From the IMG/VR virus record IMGVR_UViG_3300044677_000006, positions 1 through 32,987 of that record: a stretch of DNA of 32,987 nucleotides, one strand, 5' to 3'. The notes beneath the pieces were generated by a model. The model made no database searches, was not told the DNA's origin, and saw only the letters and a program-made list of their open reading frames with translations. Position 1 is the stretch's first letter. Each line of letters begins with the position of its first letter. A program made the translations under genes and the position numbers. Source of the DNA: a virus (lineage: Duplodnaviria > Caudoviricetes). Shown in pieces: positions 17,347 to 25,073 of the stretch.

Positions 17347-17375
17347 AGTGTAACACGAAAAGTAAAGACTGTCAA
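17347..17375 (-). promoter_or_regulatory. Strong sigma70-type promoter
   Basis: TTGACA-17 nt-TACACT with extended TG; leader hairpin at about 17315-17342. Confidence 0.75.
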
Positions 17376-17664
17376 GTGCCAAATGAATAAATAACAAAAA
17401 AATCGTAAATCTCTCCGAAACTGTCCGAATGCGGACGAACGCCGCTGAACGTTTGCAGGGTCACATCGCGGCTCCGAAACCCTCGCTAAGTCGTTGCGCT
17501 TCCAGACGGTTAGCTTCGTTTCGTTCGATTTTCCGCCGGTCTGGTAAGGGTCGCCCGTCGTACTTTTTTGCCCCCTCCGTCCCCTATTCTATTATTTATT
17601 CTCTTACTTTTTTTTATATTTTATTGTTATATATATAAAAGAAGAGAACCCGACCGTCAAAACC

Positions 17665-17701
17665 TTGACACTTGACACACCGAGGGTAGGTGTGCTATAC
17701 T
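17665..17701 (+). promoter_or_regulatory. Sigma70-type promoter for the early/replication arm, with tandem -35 boxes
   Basis: TTGACA at 17665 and 17672; TGc-TATACT at 17693-17701 (18 nt spacing from the second box). Confidence 0.75.
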
Positions 17702-17833
17702 CAGTCAGTCAGGAATCATCATGGCCCAAACCGCAGCTAACCCCAACAAACGCAACAACTTACAGCCGATGGAAATTTCTCAGCACCACTCAGCCCTGCT
17801 AGGGGGCATCGGGGGGCGTTAGGACAGAAAAAC

Positions 17834-18229
17834 ATGATAAAACCTCTCATATTCGCGGAAACTAAGCCAGAAGTTATAGATTGGAAAAAAGAGATATTAA
17901 AATCTATAGCTCACTCAGGAAATACAAGTTCTGGCAAAAGCATAATCATTGGTAGCAATGTGCATCTAAATAATATCACAGATTCATCTAACGGTGCCGT
18001 TCGCCTAAGCAGGAGCGTGATTAAGAAATTTTCTCTTATCTTATCTCAGCCAGTCAGTTTATCAGGCTTTGATAAGCAAGAAATTCGATGTGCATTATGT
18101 GAGCGAATCATTAGATATCCCTGTTGGTATTATGAGGTTAAATATGCTGTGAATCACTTTCACTATTTCATCTGCTTCTCCGCTACGCGGAGTGATAAAC
18201 CTACAACACAGTGCTATAGGAGAGAATAA
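17834..18229 (+). CDS. Hypothetical protein with Cys/His cluster
   Basis: 131 aa; AGGA SD; CALC...H..C. Confidence 0.65.
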   Translation: MIKPLIFAETKPEVIDWKKEILKSIAHSGNTSSGKSIIIGSNVHLNNITDSSNGAVRLSRSVIKKFSLILSQPVSLSGFDKQEIRCALCERIIRYPCWYYEVKYAVNHFHYFICFSATRSDKPTTQCYRRE

Positions 18230-18232
18230 GAT

Positions 18233-18463
18233 ATGAAATTTAATGATATAATAAAATTATTCGATATGAGAGATGAATGGAATAGTAAAGTAGACAGAAG
18301 AAAATATGAAAAGGATATAAAATTTAATTCTAAAGTTTTAGACATCGTGATGAATAACATGACACCAGAACAGAGGGATAAATTTTATGATAGTTGTTCT
18401 CATGAGGAGTTATTAATGTATAAAGAAATTATTCATAGAAGAATGATAGGAATCAAAAGTTGA
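18233..18463 (+). CDS. Hypothetical protein
   Basis: 76 aa; AGGAG SD. Confidence 0.6.
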   Translation: MKFNDIIKLFDMRDEWNSKVDRRKYEKDIKFNSKVLDIVMNNMTPEQRDKFYDSCSHEELLMYKEIIHRRMIGIKS

Positions 18464-18493
18464 GCATCATCGTGTGGGATTAAGTCAGAATAG

Positions 18494-18559
18494 ATTCACG
18501 GTCACATACACATACACATACATGGAGACGGTCACGGTCACATAAGCAACGAGTAAACA
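18494..18559 (+). repeat. Modular hexamer array 1
   Basis: attcac ggtcac atacac atacac atacat ggagac ggtcac ggtcac, then ataagca acgagtaaaca. Confidence 0.85.
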
Positions 18560-18585
18560 GTCAGATAACATCAGGAGTTTTTAGA

Positions 18586-18894
18586 ATGGCATTCCGTAAC
18601 GCACCAGATTTAAAAGGTGAAGACAACGAAGGAAAGGTTAAGAGATATGTTCATCAGCCGTTGACGATTGAACACTACGGTATTCATGCGAAGATTCAGG
18701 AAAACGGTCGTGTTCTCATTTCATCTCAGCCGCAAGCCGTTGCAGGCTCTAAGGACGAAGTAGAATACGATGAAGTAGAAATTCCTGCAAGTCTCGTATT
18801 CAAGCTAGCTACATTACTAAAAGCTACGAGGACAGTCAAGTTTGTCTCTGTGACTGAAGCACAGAATCTACCGGCAGTAACGAGAGACGAATAG
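18586..18894 (+). CDS. Hypothetical protein flanked by hexamer arrays
   Basis: 102 aa; AGGAG SD. Confidence 0.75.
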   Translation: MAFRNAPDLKGEDNEGKVKRYVHQPLTIEHYGIHAKIQENGRVLISSQPQAVAGSKDEVEYDEVEIPASLVFKLATLLKATRTVKFVSVTEAQNLPAVTRDE

Positions 18895-18925
18895 CTGTTA
18901 CACAGAAGAGGATTAAACTTCTTGA

Positions 18926-18955
18926 GAGTATTCAAGCTGAAAAGTTTGAATACTC
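18926..18955 (+). terminator. 13-bp hairpin with GAAA loop (terminator or processing site)
   Basis: gagtattcaagct-gaaa-agtttgaatactc with one G-U; weak U-tail. Confidence 0.6.
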
Positions 18956-18972
18956 AATTAGATATTTAAACT

Positions 18973-19020
18973 GTTCACATACACGGAGACGGAGACGGAG
19001 ACGGTCACGACGAGTTAACA
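18973..19020 (+). repeat. Modular hexamer array 2
   Basis: gttcac atacac ggagac ggagac ggagac ggtcac, then g acgagttaaca. Confidence 0.85.
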
Positions 19021-19041
19021 TTCTATCCAAGGAAATAACAA

Positions 19042-19596
19042 ATGTGTCTACCAGACTTTGAAAAGTTTGATAATATTTTAGAATCTAATTCCTTAATAGG
19101 ATATAGAACATGGAGAACAGAAATTAAAAATCCTATTATTTTAATAAGTGAAAGCCAAAATTATTATTGGAATAAAATAATTGAGGGGCCACATGAAGTT
19201 TTAGATATTAATTCTGGAATCTATGCTTATAATAATTATTATTATTATTATAATAATTATTATTATTATAATTATTATTATTATAATAATAATAATTATA
19301 ATAATAATAATTATAATAATAATAATAATTATAATTATTATTATTATAATTATTATTATAATAATAATTATAATATCACTGGAATAATTAGTCAATTTGG
19401 CAAGACAGCAATACATAAGACTGGTCAACGTAGTGAGTATGCGAGAATTAAAATATTATTCACTATACGAGAGTTAGATGCTAAAGGCCCAAAAGAATTT
19501 TTAGATTGGATTCAAAAGTTCAATCTGATAATAGTAGAGCTTGCTAAGAAGTATGAATGTAATACTATTCACTGGCAAGATTTCAAAAACGAATGA
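19042..19596 (+). CDS. Hypothetical protein with an internal 49-residue Asn/Tyr tract
   Basis: AAGGA SD; GYRTW...GIYA and G.I..FG....H..G.R.EYA.I flanks resemble a widespread phage hypothetical family; ATGA coupling to the next gene. Confidence 0.75.
   Translation: MCLPDFEKFDNILESNSLIGYRTWRTEIKNPIILISESQNYYWNKIIEGPHEVLDINSGIYAYNNYYYYYNNYYYYNYYYYNNNNYNNNNYNNNNNYNYYYYNYYYNNNYNITGIISQFGKTAIHKTGQRSEYARIKILFTIRELDAKGPKEFLDWIQKFNLIIVELAKKYECNTIHWQDFKNE
19228..19374. repeat. (WAT)49 trinucleotide tract, 100% A+T
   Basis: Every in-frame codon is AAT (24) or TAT (25). Confidence 0.95.
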
Positions 19597-20213
19597 GTTG
19601 GATATGTTCTCAATGTTTAGAGACTCTAGGAGACTATAATGGATGGTGCGAATATTGTAAGCAGGAGAATGGGATACTTGTATATAATCCAGATAAATAC
19701 TATATACGAGATATTAGAATCAGACATATTATCATTGGAGCAGCGAAGCTAATGACACCACAAGAAGAATTATTTAGTCAATTATTCAATCATGAAAAGC
19801 TTTTAGTAAAGGATATGGATACTCTTTCTCTTCGAGCACATAGAGAAGAACTATCAAAAATAGCATTTGAAGCGCGGGCAAGACTAACAGCCGTTGACGA
19901 CGAAGACAACGATAGAAAAAAGAAGCGTTCTAATGGCGAAGCAAAGCCAAGCGGCTTTGAACGCTCACTAAACATAGATGAGACTACTACAAATGCTATC
20001 AACACTCTAAAAGAGAAGCAGAAAAGATTATCTAAAGCAGATAAGATTAGAGAAGGATTAGAAAAGCTAGGTATAGCATCCGATGCCGTTGACAAGATAA
20101 TGTCTGCCAAGAATATGCTTAGCCAAGTTCAGAAGACGCAGAATCACACCAAGCCTGCAGAAGAACCTAAAGAAGCAAAACCAGTATTTAATCCTTTTGG
20201 AAAGAAAGAATAG
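19593..20213 (+). CDS. Hypothetical protein with N-terminal zinc ribbon and coiled-coil body
   Basis: CSQC...CEYC; a possible internal start MTPQEE at 19752 has GGAG upstream. Confidence 0.65.
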   Translation: MSWICSQCLETLGDYNGWCEYCKQENGILVYNPDKYYIRDIRIRHIIIGAAKLMTPQEELFSQLFNHEKLLVKDMDTLSLRAHREELSKIAFEARARLTAVDDEDNDRKKKRSNGEAKPSGFERSLNIDETTTNAINTLKEKQKRLSKADKIREGLEKLGIASDAVDKIMSAKNMLSQVQKTQNHTKPAEEPKEAKPVFNPFGKKE

Positions 20214-20218
20214 ATTTT

Positions 20219-20407
20219 ATGAGAGGAAATATTTCTGAAGATATGATACTTTACATACAAGAATTAGAAGAGGAGATAAAAAATAACCAAGAATTTGCAG
20301 ATGAAATAGTAACAATAGATGATCAAATAATGACAGCTAAACAAGCTGTTAATTTATTAAAAGAAAATAGCTTAACTAGCAGAACGTATAACGCAAGGAA
20401 AAGCTAA
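20219..20407 (+). CDS. Small hypothetical protein
   Basis: 62 aa; TAATG coupling to the helicase. Confidence 0.55.
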   Translation: MRGNISEDMILYIQELEEEIKNNQEFADEIVTIDDQIMTAKQAVNLLKENSLTSRTYNARKS

Positions 20408-21993
20408 TGTCTTTAACATCTATCATACGTCAAGAGTGTCCGAGCTGCAAGAAAATTGCAGTCGAGTCTTCGAGACTGAAGCTTGGTAAGACTCTCATCA
20501 TTAAACTTGCTTGCGGTCACATTCTACACTCAGAAACTCTAGCATCAGATGAATCTAAATATTCATCAATAGTATTTTCAGATGGTTGCAAGCCAAGACC
20601 ATATCAACTAGATGCAGTCCGCTTCGCGGAAGAATCTAATGTTAGATGTATTATTGCTGATGAGCAAGGTTTAGGAAAGACAATAGAAAGCCTATCTTTA
20701 CTTCGTTTACATCCTGAAAAGCTTCTCCCAGCCGTTATCGTATGTCCGTCGACTGTCAAATTGCAATGGATGAAAGAGATTCATCGTATCTGTGGTGATG
20801 GAAAAGAATTTTTAGTTCAGGTAATTCAATCAGGCAAAGAACGTGCAATGCCCGGGTTCAAAATTTATGTAGTTACATATGATATGTTAAAGAAAAAAGA
20901 TTTATTTGAGTTTCTTCCTGAGAATACAATAAAGACTATTATAATAGATGAATGTCAACGTATCAAAAATCATCTATCCGATCGAGCTAAAGCCGTTCAA
21001 CGTATAGTTCGTAAGACTGAGCATATCATTCCTATGAGTGGCACTCCAATTAAGAATAATGCTGGTGAGTATTTTACAGTTCTTAATCTTGTTTCACCTA
21101 CACGATTTCCACATTATCAGAAATACATAGACAATTATTGCGATGCATATGAATCTGGTTGGGGTCAGAAGGTTGGTGGGCTAAAAGATGTAGAAAGATT
21201 TCATGAAGATACTAAAGATATAATTATACGTAGAACAAAGGCTGATGTATTACCAGACTTGCCGTCAGTAGATAGGAAGTTTAGGCACGTTGAATTAAAT
21301 AGAAATTTAAATAAAGAATATGCTGCTATGATGCAAAAGCTCGAAGAAAAACTTTATGGTGATGATGAAGAAGGATTCGCTAAGTCTACTGCAATAATTG
21401 CTATTATGTCCGAGCTTAGACATATTACTGGACGTTCTAAAGTTGTTGAATGTATTGATGATGTAACAGAATTTCTATTATCTACAGATAGAAAACTAGT
21501 TGTCTTTACACATCATCAAGATGTTATGCAGATGTTAGAATTTAAACTTAATGAATGGTGTGCAGAAGGTGGGTTTGGTAAGGTTTTAACTCTTCATAGT
21601 GGATTAGATGGAAATGCTAGAGCTCATCTAGTAGAATCTTTTAAATCTGATAACAGCTGCAGGCTGATGATTGCATCAACTCTAGCCGCAGGTGATGGAT
21701 TAAATCTTCAGTTTTGTTCTGATGCTATAATACTTGAACGGCAATGGACTCCAGCCGCTGAGGAACAGGTAGAAGCAAGATTTCATCGATTCGGTCAGAT
21801 GAATTCGATTACTATTTCCTACATGATAGCTAGTGGAACGATAGATGATTATTTTACGCAGCTAGTAGAGCAAAAAAGGTCTATCGTTGCGGCTACGATG
21901 GATAAGAAACAAATAGCTTGGGATCAATCAAGTCTAATGAAAAAATTAGCTGAAATTCTTGTAACAAAAGGGCGTAAAGCTTGGAGTTTATGA
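20407..21993 (+). CDS. SNF2-family (SF2) helicase
   Basis: DEQGLGKT, DECQ, SGTP, GDGLNLQ, QVEARFHRFGQ; N-terminal CPSC...CGH. Confidence 0.92.
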   Translation: MSLTSIIRQECPSCKKIAVESSRLKLGKTLIIKLACGHILHSETLASDESKYSSIVFSDGCKPRPYQLDAVRFAEESNVRCIIADEQGLGKTIESLSLLRLHPEKLLPAVIVCPSTVKLQWMKEIHRICGDGKEFLVQVIQSGKERAMPGFKIYVVTYDMLKKKDLFEFLPENTIKTIIIDECQRIKNHLSDRAKAVQRIVRKTEHIIPMSGTPIKNNAGEYFTVLNLVSPTRFPHYQKYIDNYCDAYESGWGQKVGGLKDVERFHEDTKDIIIRRTKADVLPDLPSVDRKFRHVELNRNLNKEYAAMMQKLEEKLYGDDEEGFAKSTAIIAIMSELRHITGRSKVVECIDDVTEFLLSTDRKLVVFTHHQDVMQMLEFKLNEWCAEGGFGKVLTLHSGLDGNARAHLVESFKSDNSCRLMIASTLAAGDGLNLQFCSDAIILERQWTPAAEEQVEARFHRFGQMNSITISYMIASGTIDDYFTQLVEQKRSIVAATMDKKQIAWDQSSLMKKLAEILVTKGRKAWSL

Positions 21994-22112
21994 AAATAAG
22001 ATTGCATGATTGGATAAGAATGTATAAAACAGGACACAAATATATGGGCAGAGATATTTATTATTATGTAGATATGGTCTGGTTTAGAAAAAGAAAGGCT
22101 TGGAGCTTATGA
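21990..22112 (+). CDS. Small hypothetical protein (40 aa) ending in RKAWSL
   Basis: Manual translation MKIRLHDWIRMYK...WFRKRKAWSL*; GGAG SD and ATGA overlaps at both ends. Confidence 0.6.
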   Translation: MKIRLHDWIRMYKTGHKYMGRDIYYYVDMVWFRKRKAWSL

Positions 22113-22273
22113 AAAGCTTTGAAATTGCAATTAATGTCACATCGGATGATGATATTATGATAGATGATGTCAAACATAATATAAAAATAGCATTAGAGGA
22201 ATCATATAATGTAATTCCATATATTGATATTAAGAATATAGAAGTAGAAGAAACTGAGACAGACTATGATTGA
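22109..22273 (+). CDS. Small acidic hypothetical protein (54 aa)
   Basis: MKSFEIAINVTSDDD...ETDYD*; GGAG SD; fills the gap. Confidence 0.6.
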   Translation: MKSFEIAINVTSDDDIMIDDVKHNIKIALEESYNVIPYIDIKNIEVEETETDYD

Positions 22274-22484
22274 AGAAACTCTCTGCCCTGATTGTGGTGG
22301 AAAGATGATATCTCGTAAAAGTAAGTTTGGTATATTTTGGGGATGTATTAAATATCCAGAATGTAAAGGAACTAGAGATGATATGGGACGCAGCAAAGCT
22401 GACAGAGCTAAAGAAAAAGGTGAAGATTATGAACATGATGATAAGGATGAGACAAATAAATTCTCTTTTAAAAGGACAAGATGA
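22266..22484 (+). CDS. Topoisomerase-type C4 zinc-finger protein
   Basis: CPDCGGKMISRKSKFGIFWGCIKYPECKGT matches the topoisomerase I C4 zinc-ribbon pattern. Confidence 0.85.
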   Translation: MIEETLCPDCGGKMISRKSKFGIFWGCIKYPECKGTRDDMGRSKADRAKEKGEDYEHDDKDETNKFSFKRTR

Positions 22485-22705
22485 GTAAATCATTAAAATC
22501 ATCAATCACAGATAATATATATCATAATGTAGAGTATTTAGGTGATTCAGTATATTTGGGAGTTGATGAGCCATTTGGTAGAGTTTGGTTATTTCTATAT
22601 AATGGAGATGAAATTAAAAATGAAATTTGCTTAGAAGATGATGCAATGGGAAACTTAATTATAGCTTGTAGAAAATTTGGATACAAGGATTTAATCAATG
22701 ACTGA
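22481..22705 (+). CDS. Hypothetical protein
   Basis: 74 aa; YLGDSVY motif; coupled overlaps. Confidence 0.65.
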   Translation: MSKSLKSSITDNIYHNVEYLGDSVYLGVDEPFGRVWLFLYNGDEIKNEICLEDDAMGNLIIACRKFGYKDLIND

Positions 22706-22925
22706 AGAAGAACTTAAAGATAAAATAATGAATCTTATTAAAGAGTTTAGTAAATGTGATGATAATGAGAAATATGATGTATTTGTATTAATTACTGATA
22801 CAAATAATAATAATCATCGCAGTTATGGCTTAGGATGTCCGGCATGTTCGGCTGAGAGCGTAGCGGCTCTATTAGAAAATGGTGACTTCAAACATTTAAG
22901 TGATAATAAGGAAAGAGTTCATTAA
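22698..22925 (+). CDS. Hypothetical protein
   Basis: 75 aa; CPAC; AAGGA SD. Confidence 0.6.
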   Translation: MTEEELKDKIMNLIKEFSKCDDNEKYDVFVLITDTNNNNHRSYGLGCPACSAESVAALLENGDFKHLSDNKERVH

Positions 22926-23839
22926 TGACTGACATAATCACACAATCACCGAAGGTGAATATTATTCTCGATGCATCTAAGATAGATTTATTTGAGACGT
23001 GTCCAGCTCGATACAACTTTAGACATAATCATAATAAGGGTCTGCCATTAATTCACAAGGCTAAAGCATTAGATTTAGGTTCACTAGCTCATGGAGGATT
23101 AGAAGTTTATTATAGAATGTTAGGTGAGCAGGCTCATTATAATGATAGAATGAGTGCGTGTCTGATGAAGATTAGAGAACTTTCGTCAGACCCATCTGAA
23201 TCAAATATTGAACCTGATGAAGTTCAGGTTCTTCTATCTGCTATTGAACAGAGCTGTGATTACTGGCGAGCTGAGGATGAAAATTCTTTAGAAGTCTTAG
23301 CCATTGAGCAGCCATTCGCATACGAGTTATACACTGATGATACAGTTCGTATTATTATTAGTGGGAAGATAGACCTTCTAGTAAACTTCAAAGGAATAGG
23401 AAGGAATGCATCATATGAAGGGCTACCGATTGATCATAAAACATTCTCAAGGGATAGCATGCTCTTACGAAAATCAAACCAATTTATTAATTACTGTAAT
23501 GCTGTTGGCAGCAACTATCTTGTGGTTAATAGGATAGGCTTACAGAAGACTCTAAAAGCAGAAGAAAAATTTAAACGTCTTCCATTAAGCTATGATCCAA
23601 TTTATATTAATGATTGGAAACAAAATCTAATAAAGATGATAATGCAAGAATATATTTCCTGTGTAACAGAAGATTATTGGCCGGAGAAACCTACTAGTTG
23701 CTTCAAGTTCAACCGGCTATGTGAATATTATAGTATATGTGACTCTTCAGGTGAAGATGCAAAGATAAATAAGCTAGAAAATGAGTATGTAACTAATAAG
23801 ATATGGGACGTTACTGAAGGATTATCTAATGATAAATAA
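22925..23839 (+). CDS. PD-(D/E)XK exonuclease (Cas4/RecB-like, probable Fe-S)
   Basis: CPARY, G...H, IEQ, GKIDL, DHKT and C-terminal C......C.....C. Confidence 0.85.
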   Translation: MTDIITQSPKVNIILDASKIDLFETCPARYNFRHNHNKGLPLIHKAKALDLGSLAHGGLEVYYRMLGEQAHYNDRMSACLMKIRELSSDPSESNIEPDEVQVLLSAIEQSCDYWRAEDENSLEVLAIEQPFAYELYTDDTVRIIISGKIDLLVNFKGIGRNASYEGLPIDHKTFSRDSMLLRKSNQFINYCNAVGSNYLVVNRIGLQKTLKAEEKFKRLPLSYDPIYINDWKQNLIKMIMQEYISCVTEDYWPEKPTSCFKFNRLCEYYSICDSSGEDAKINKLENEYVTNKIWDVTEGLSNDK

Positions 23840-24299
23840 AGAGGATATCATATGGTTAGCTGGATACTTAGAGGGAGAAGGATGTTTTACAATAACTTCC
23901 GCCGATTCAAAAGGTGGATCTAAAACACATAGAATACTAGTAACGTCAGTAGATAAAGATGTTATAGAACGAGCTAGTATACTATTAGTTGGATATATAA
24001 GATTGACACGAGGTAGACATAAACATAATCCAAAAATATATTATGGTACTAACATTAGTGGAGTCAGAGCTATAGGATGGATGATGACATTATATCCATT
24101 GATGGGAGAAAGAAGAAAAGCTAGAATTAAAGAGGTAATAGAGCATTGGAAAAGATATAATAAAACCTACAGTATGACGAAAAGAGCAATTAAGACTAGA
24201 TTAGATAGAAATAATATCATCAAGCGCCAAAGTAGTGGTTCTGGTATTCCATTAGTGAATCCGTTCGTAACAAAAAACTTAACGAGCGAAGCGAGTTAG
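23829..24299 (+). CDS. Free-standing LAGLIDADG-like homing endonuclease
   Basis: WLAGYLEGEGCF; shares RAI.WMMTLY.LMG.RR with 962..1438. Confidence 0.75.
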   Translation: MINKEDIIWLAGYLEGEGCFTITSADSKGGSKTHRILVTSVDKDVIERASILLVGYIRLTRGRHKHNPKIYYGTNISGVRAIGWMMTLYPLMGERRKARIKEVIEHWKRYNKTYSMTKRAIKTRLDRNNIIKRQSSGSGIPLVNPFVTKNLTSEAS

Positions 24300-24304
24300 A
24301 AACC

Positions 24305-24433
24305 TCATTGCAGTTAGCCGTTCTATGCTAGTGAAAGTGGCTAGAGAGAACAATAGTGCTTCTGCAATGAATAGAGGAAGCCGTTGATCAGCACTCGAAC
24401 CTATATTAGTGTTCAGGCTATAACGGCTTCCTC
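24305..24433 (+). ncRNA. Candidate structured RNA (two long hairpins) upstream of the tRNA
   Basis: Stems 24305-24313/24362-24370 (9 bp) and 24374-24385/24422-24433 (12 bp), each with inner pairing. Confidence 0.4.
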
Positions 24434-24446
24434 GCCTCTCTTATAA

Positions 24447-24530
24447 GGGCTAGTGGTGGAATAGGAATACACTTGAGACTTAAAATCTCACGCCTGAAAA
24501 GGATTAAGGGTTCGACTCCCTTCTAGCCCA
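24447..24530 (+). tRNA. trnL: tRNA-Leu(TAA)
   Basis: Acceptor GGGCTAG/CTAGCCC, anticodon arm TGAGA-CTTAAAA-TCTCA, long variable arm, GGTTCGACTCC T arm, discriminator A; CCA not encoded adjacent. Confidence 0.92.
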
Positions 24531-24534
24531 CTCC

Positions 24535-24714
24535 ATGCATAAAAAATATAAGAATGTTATAGCATATAGACAACGTAACTTTGATAAAGGTTGTTGTATA
24601 TATTGTGGAGATATTATTCCTGAGAATGATATGCGTACAGGATGTAAAAGATGTAGAGATAAGAATAGACTTCGTGAGGCAGTTAGAAGACAGGAAATGA
24701 AAGACTTCAAATGA
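24535..24714 (+). CDS. Small zinc-finger protein (59 aa), absent from the ORF track
   Basis: MHKKYK...CIYCG...CKRC...DFK*; ATGA overlap with the next gene. Confidence 0.6.
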   Translation: MHKKYKNVIAYRQRNFDKGCCIYCGDIIPENDMRTGCKRCRDKNRLREAVRRQEMKDFK

Positions 24715-25073
24715 CAGAAAAGAAAGTTCTACATATCCATAAGTTTAAGAGACTTCGTTATAAATCTGGGAATGAAATATTATTTTGTGCACTCCCAGAC
24801 TGTTCTCAGAAGATTAATCCAGCTCTTGCTCTTGGAAAACGATCCATCTGTTGGCGCTGTGGTGAAAGTTTTATAATGAACGATTATAGTTTAAGGCTAG
24901 CAAAGCCTCATTGTGAAGCTTGTCATAAGCCTAAAAAAGAAATTGAGGAAGATGAAAATGATTTAGCAGTCGTAACACAAAATAATGATGAAATTATTCA
25001 TGAGCTTTCACTAGCAGAACGTCTAACACAAACAATCCAACAAGCACAAGAACAAGAAGAGGATGAATTATGA
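24711..25073 (+). CDS. Zinc-finger protein with acidic tail
   Basis: HIH...C...C, CWRC...CEAC; AGGA SD. Confidence 0.7.
   Translation: MTEKKVLHIHKFKRLRYKSGNEILFCALPDCSQKINPALALGKRSICWRCGESFIMNDYSLRLAKPHCEACHKPKKEIEEDENDLAVVTQNNDEIIHELSLAERLTQTIQQAQEQEEDEL

Noticed and set aside
17429-17638. 69-aa plus-strand ORF
   Set aside because: It runs through repeats and an A/T tract between divergent promoters, has no SD and has atypical composition
15976-17830. Lysogeny switch (repressor/cro, integrase, att)
   Set aside because: Divergent promoters are present, but no recognisable repressor or integrase lies in the window; lifestyle cannot be determined here
18494-19020. CRISPR or mini-CRISPR array, or coding repeats (GDGDGH / TETET)
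   Set aside because: Units are 6 nt with no spacers; the reading frames are closed by nearby stops or lack an SD and start
19228-19374. Diversity-generating retroelement variable or template repeat
   Set aside because: No reverse transcriptase and no second copy in the window; variation is limited to A/T at one codon position rather than A-to-N
19201-19428. Minus-strand poly-Ile ORF (75 aa)
   Set aside because: It is the automatic consequence of (WAT)n reading as ATW on the reverse strand; it is antisense to a well-formed gene and has no SD
22925-23839. Cas4 as evidence of a CRISPR-Cas system
   Set aside because: No other cas genes or array; Cas4-like nucleases are common in phage recombination modules
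23829-24433. Group I intron or intein hosting the endonuclease
   Set aside because: The upstream nuclease is complete with its C-terminal Cys cluster and no downstream exon is evident; no intein motifs were seen in terminase, helicase or polymerase
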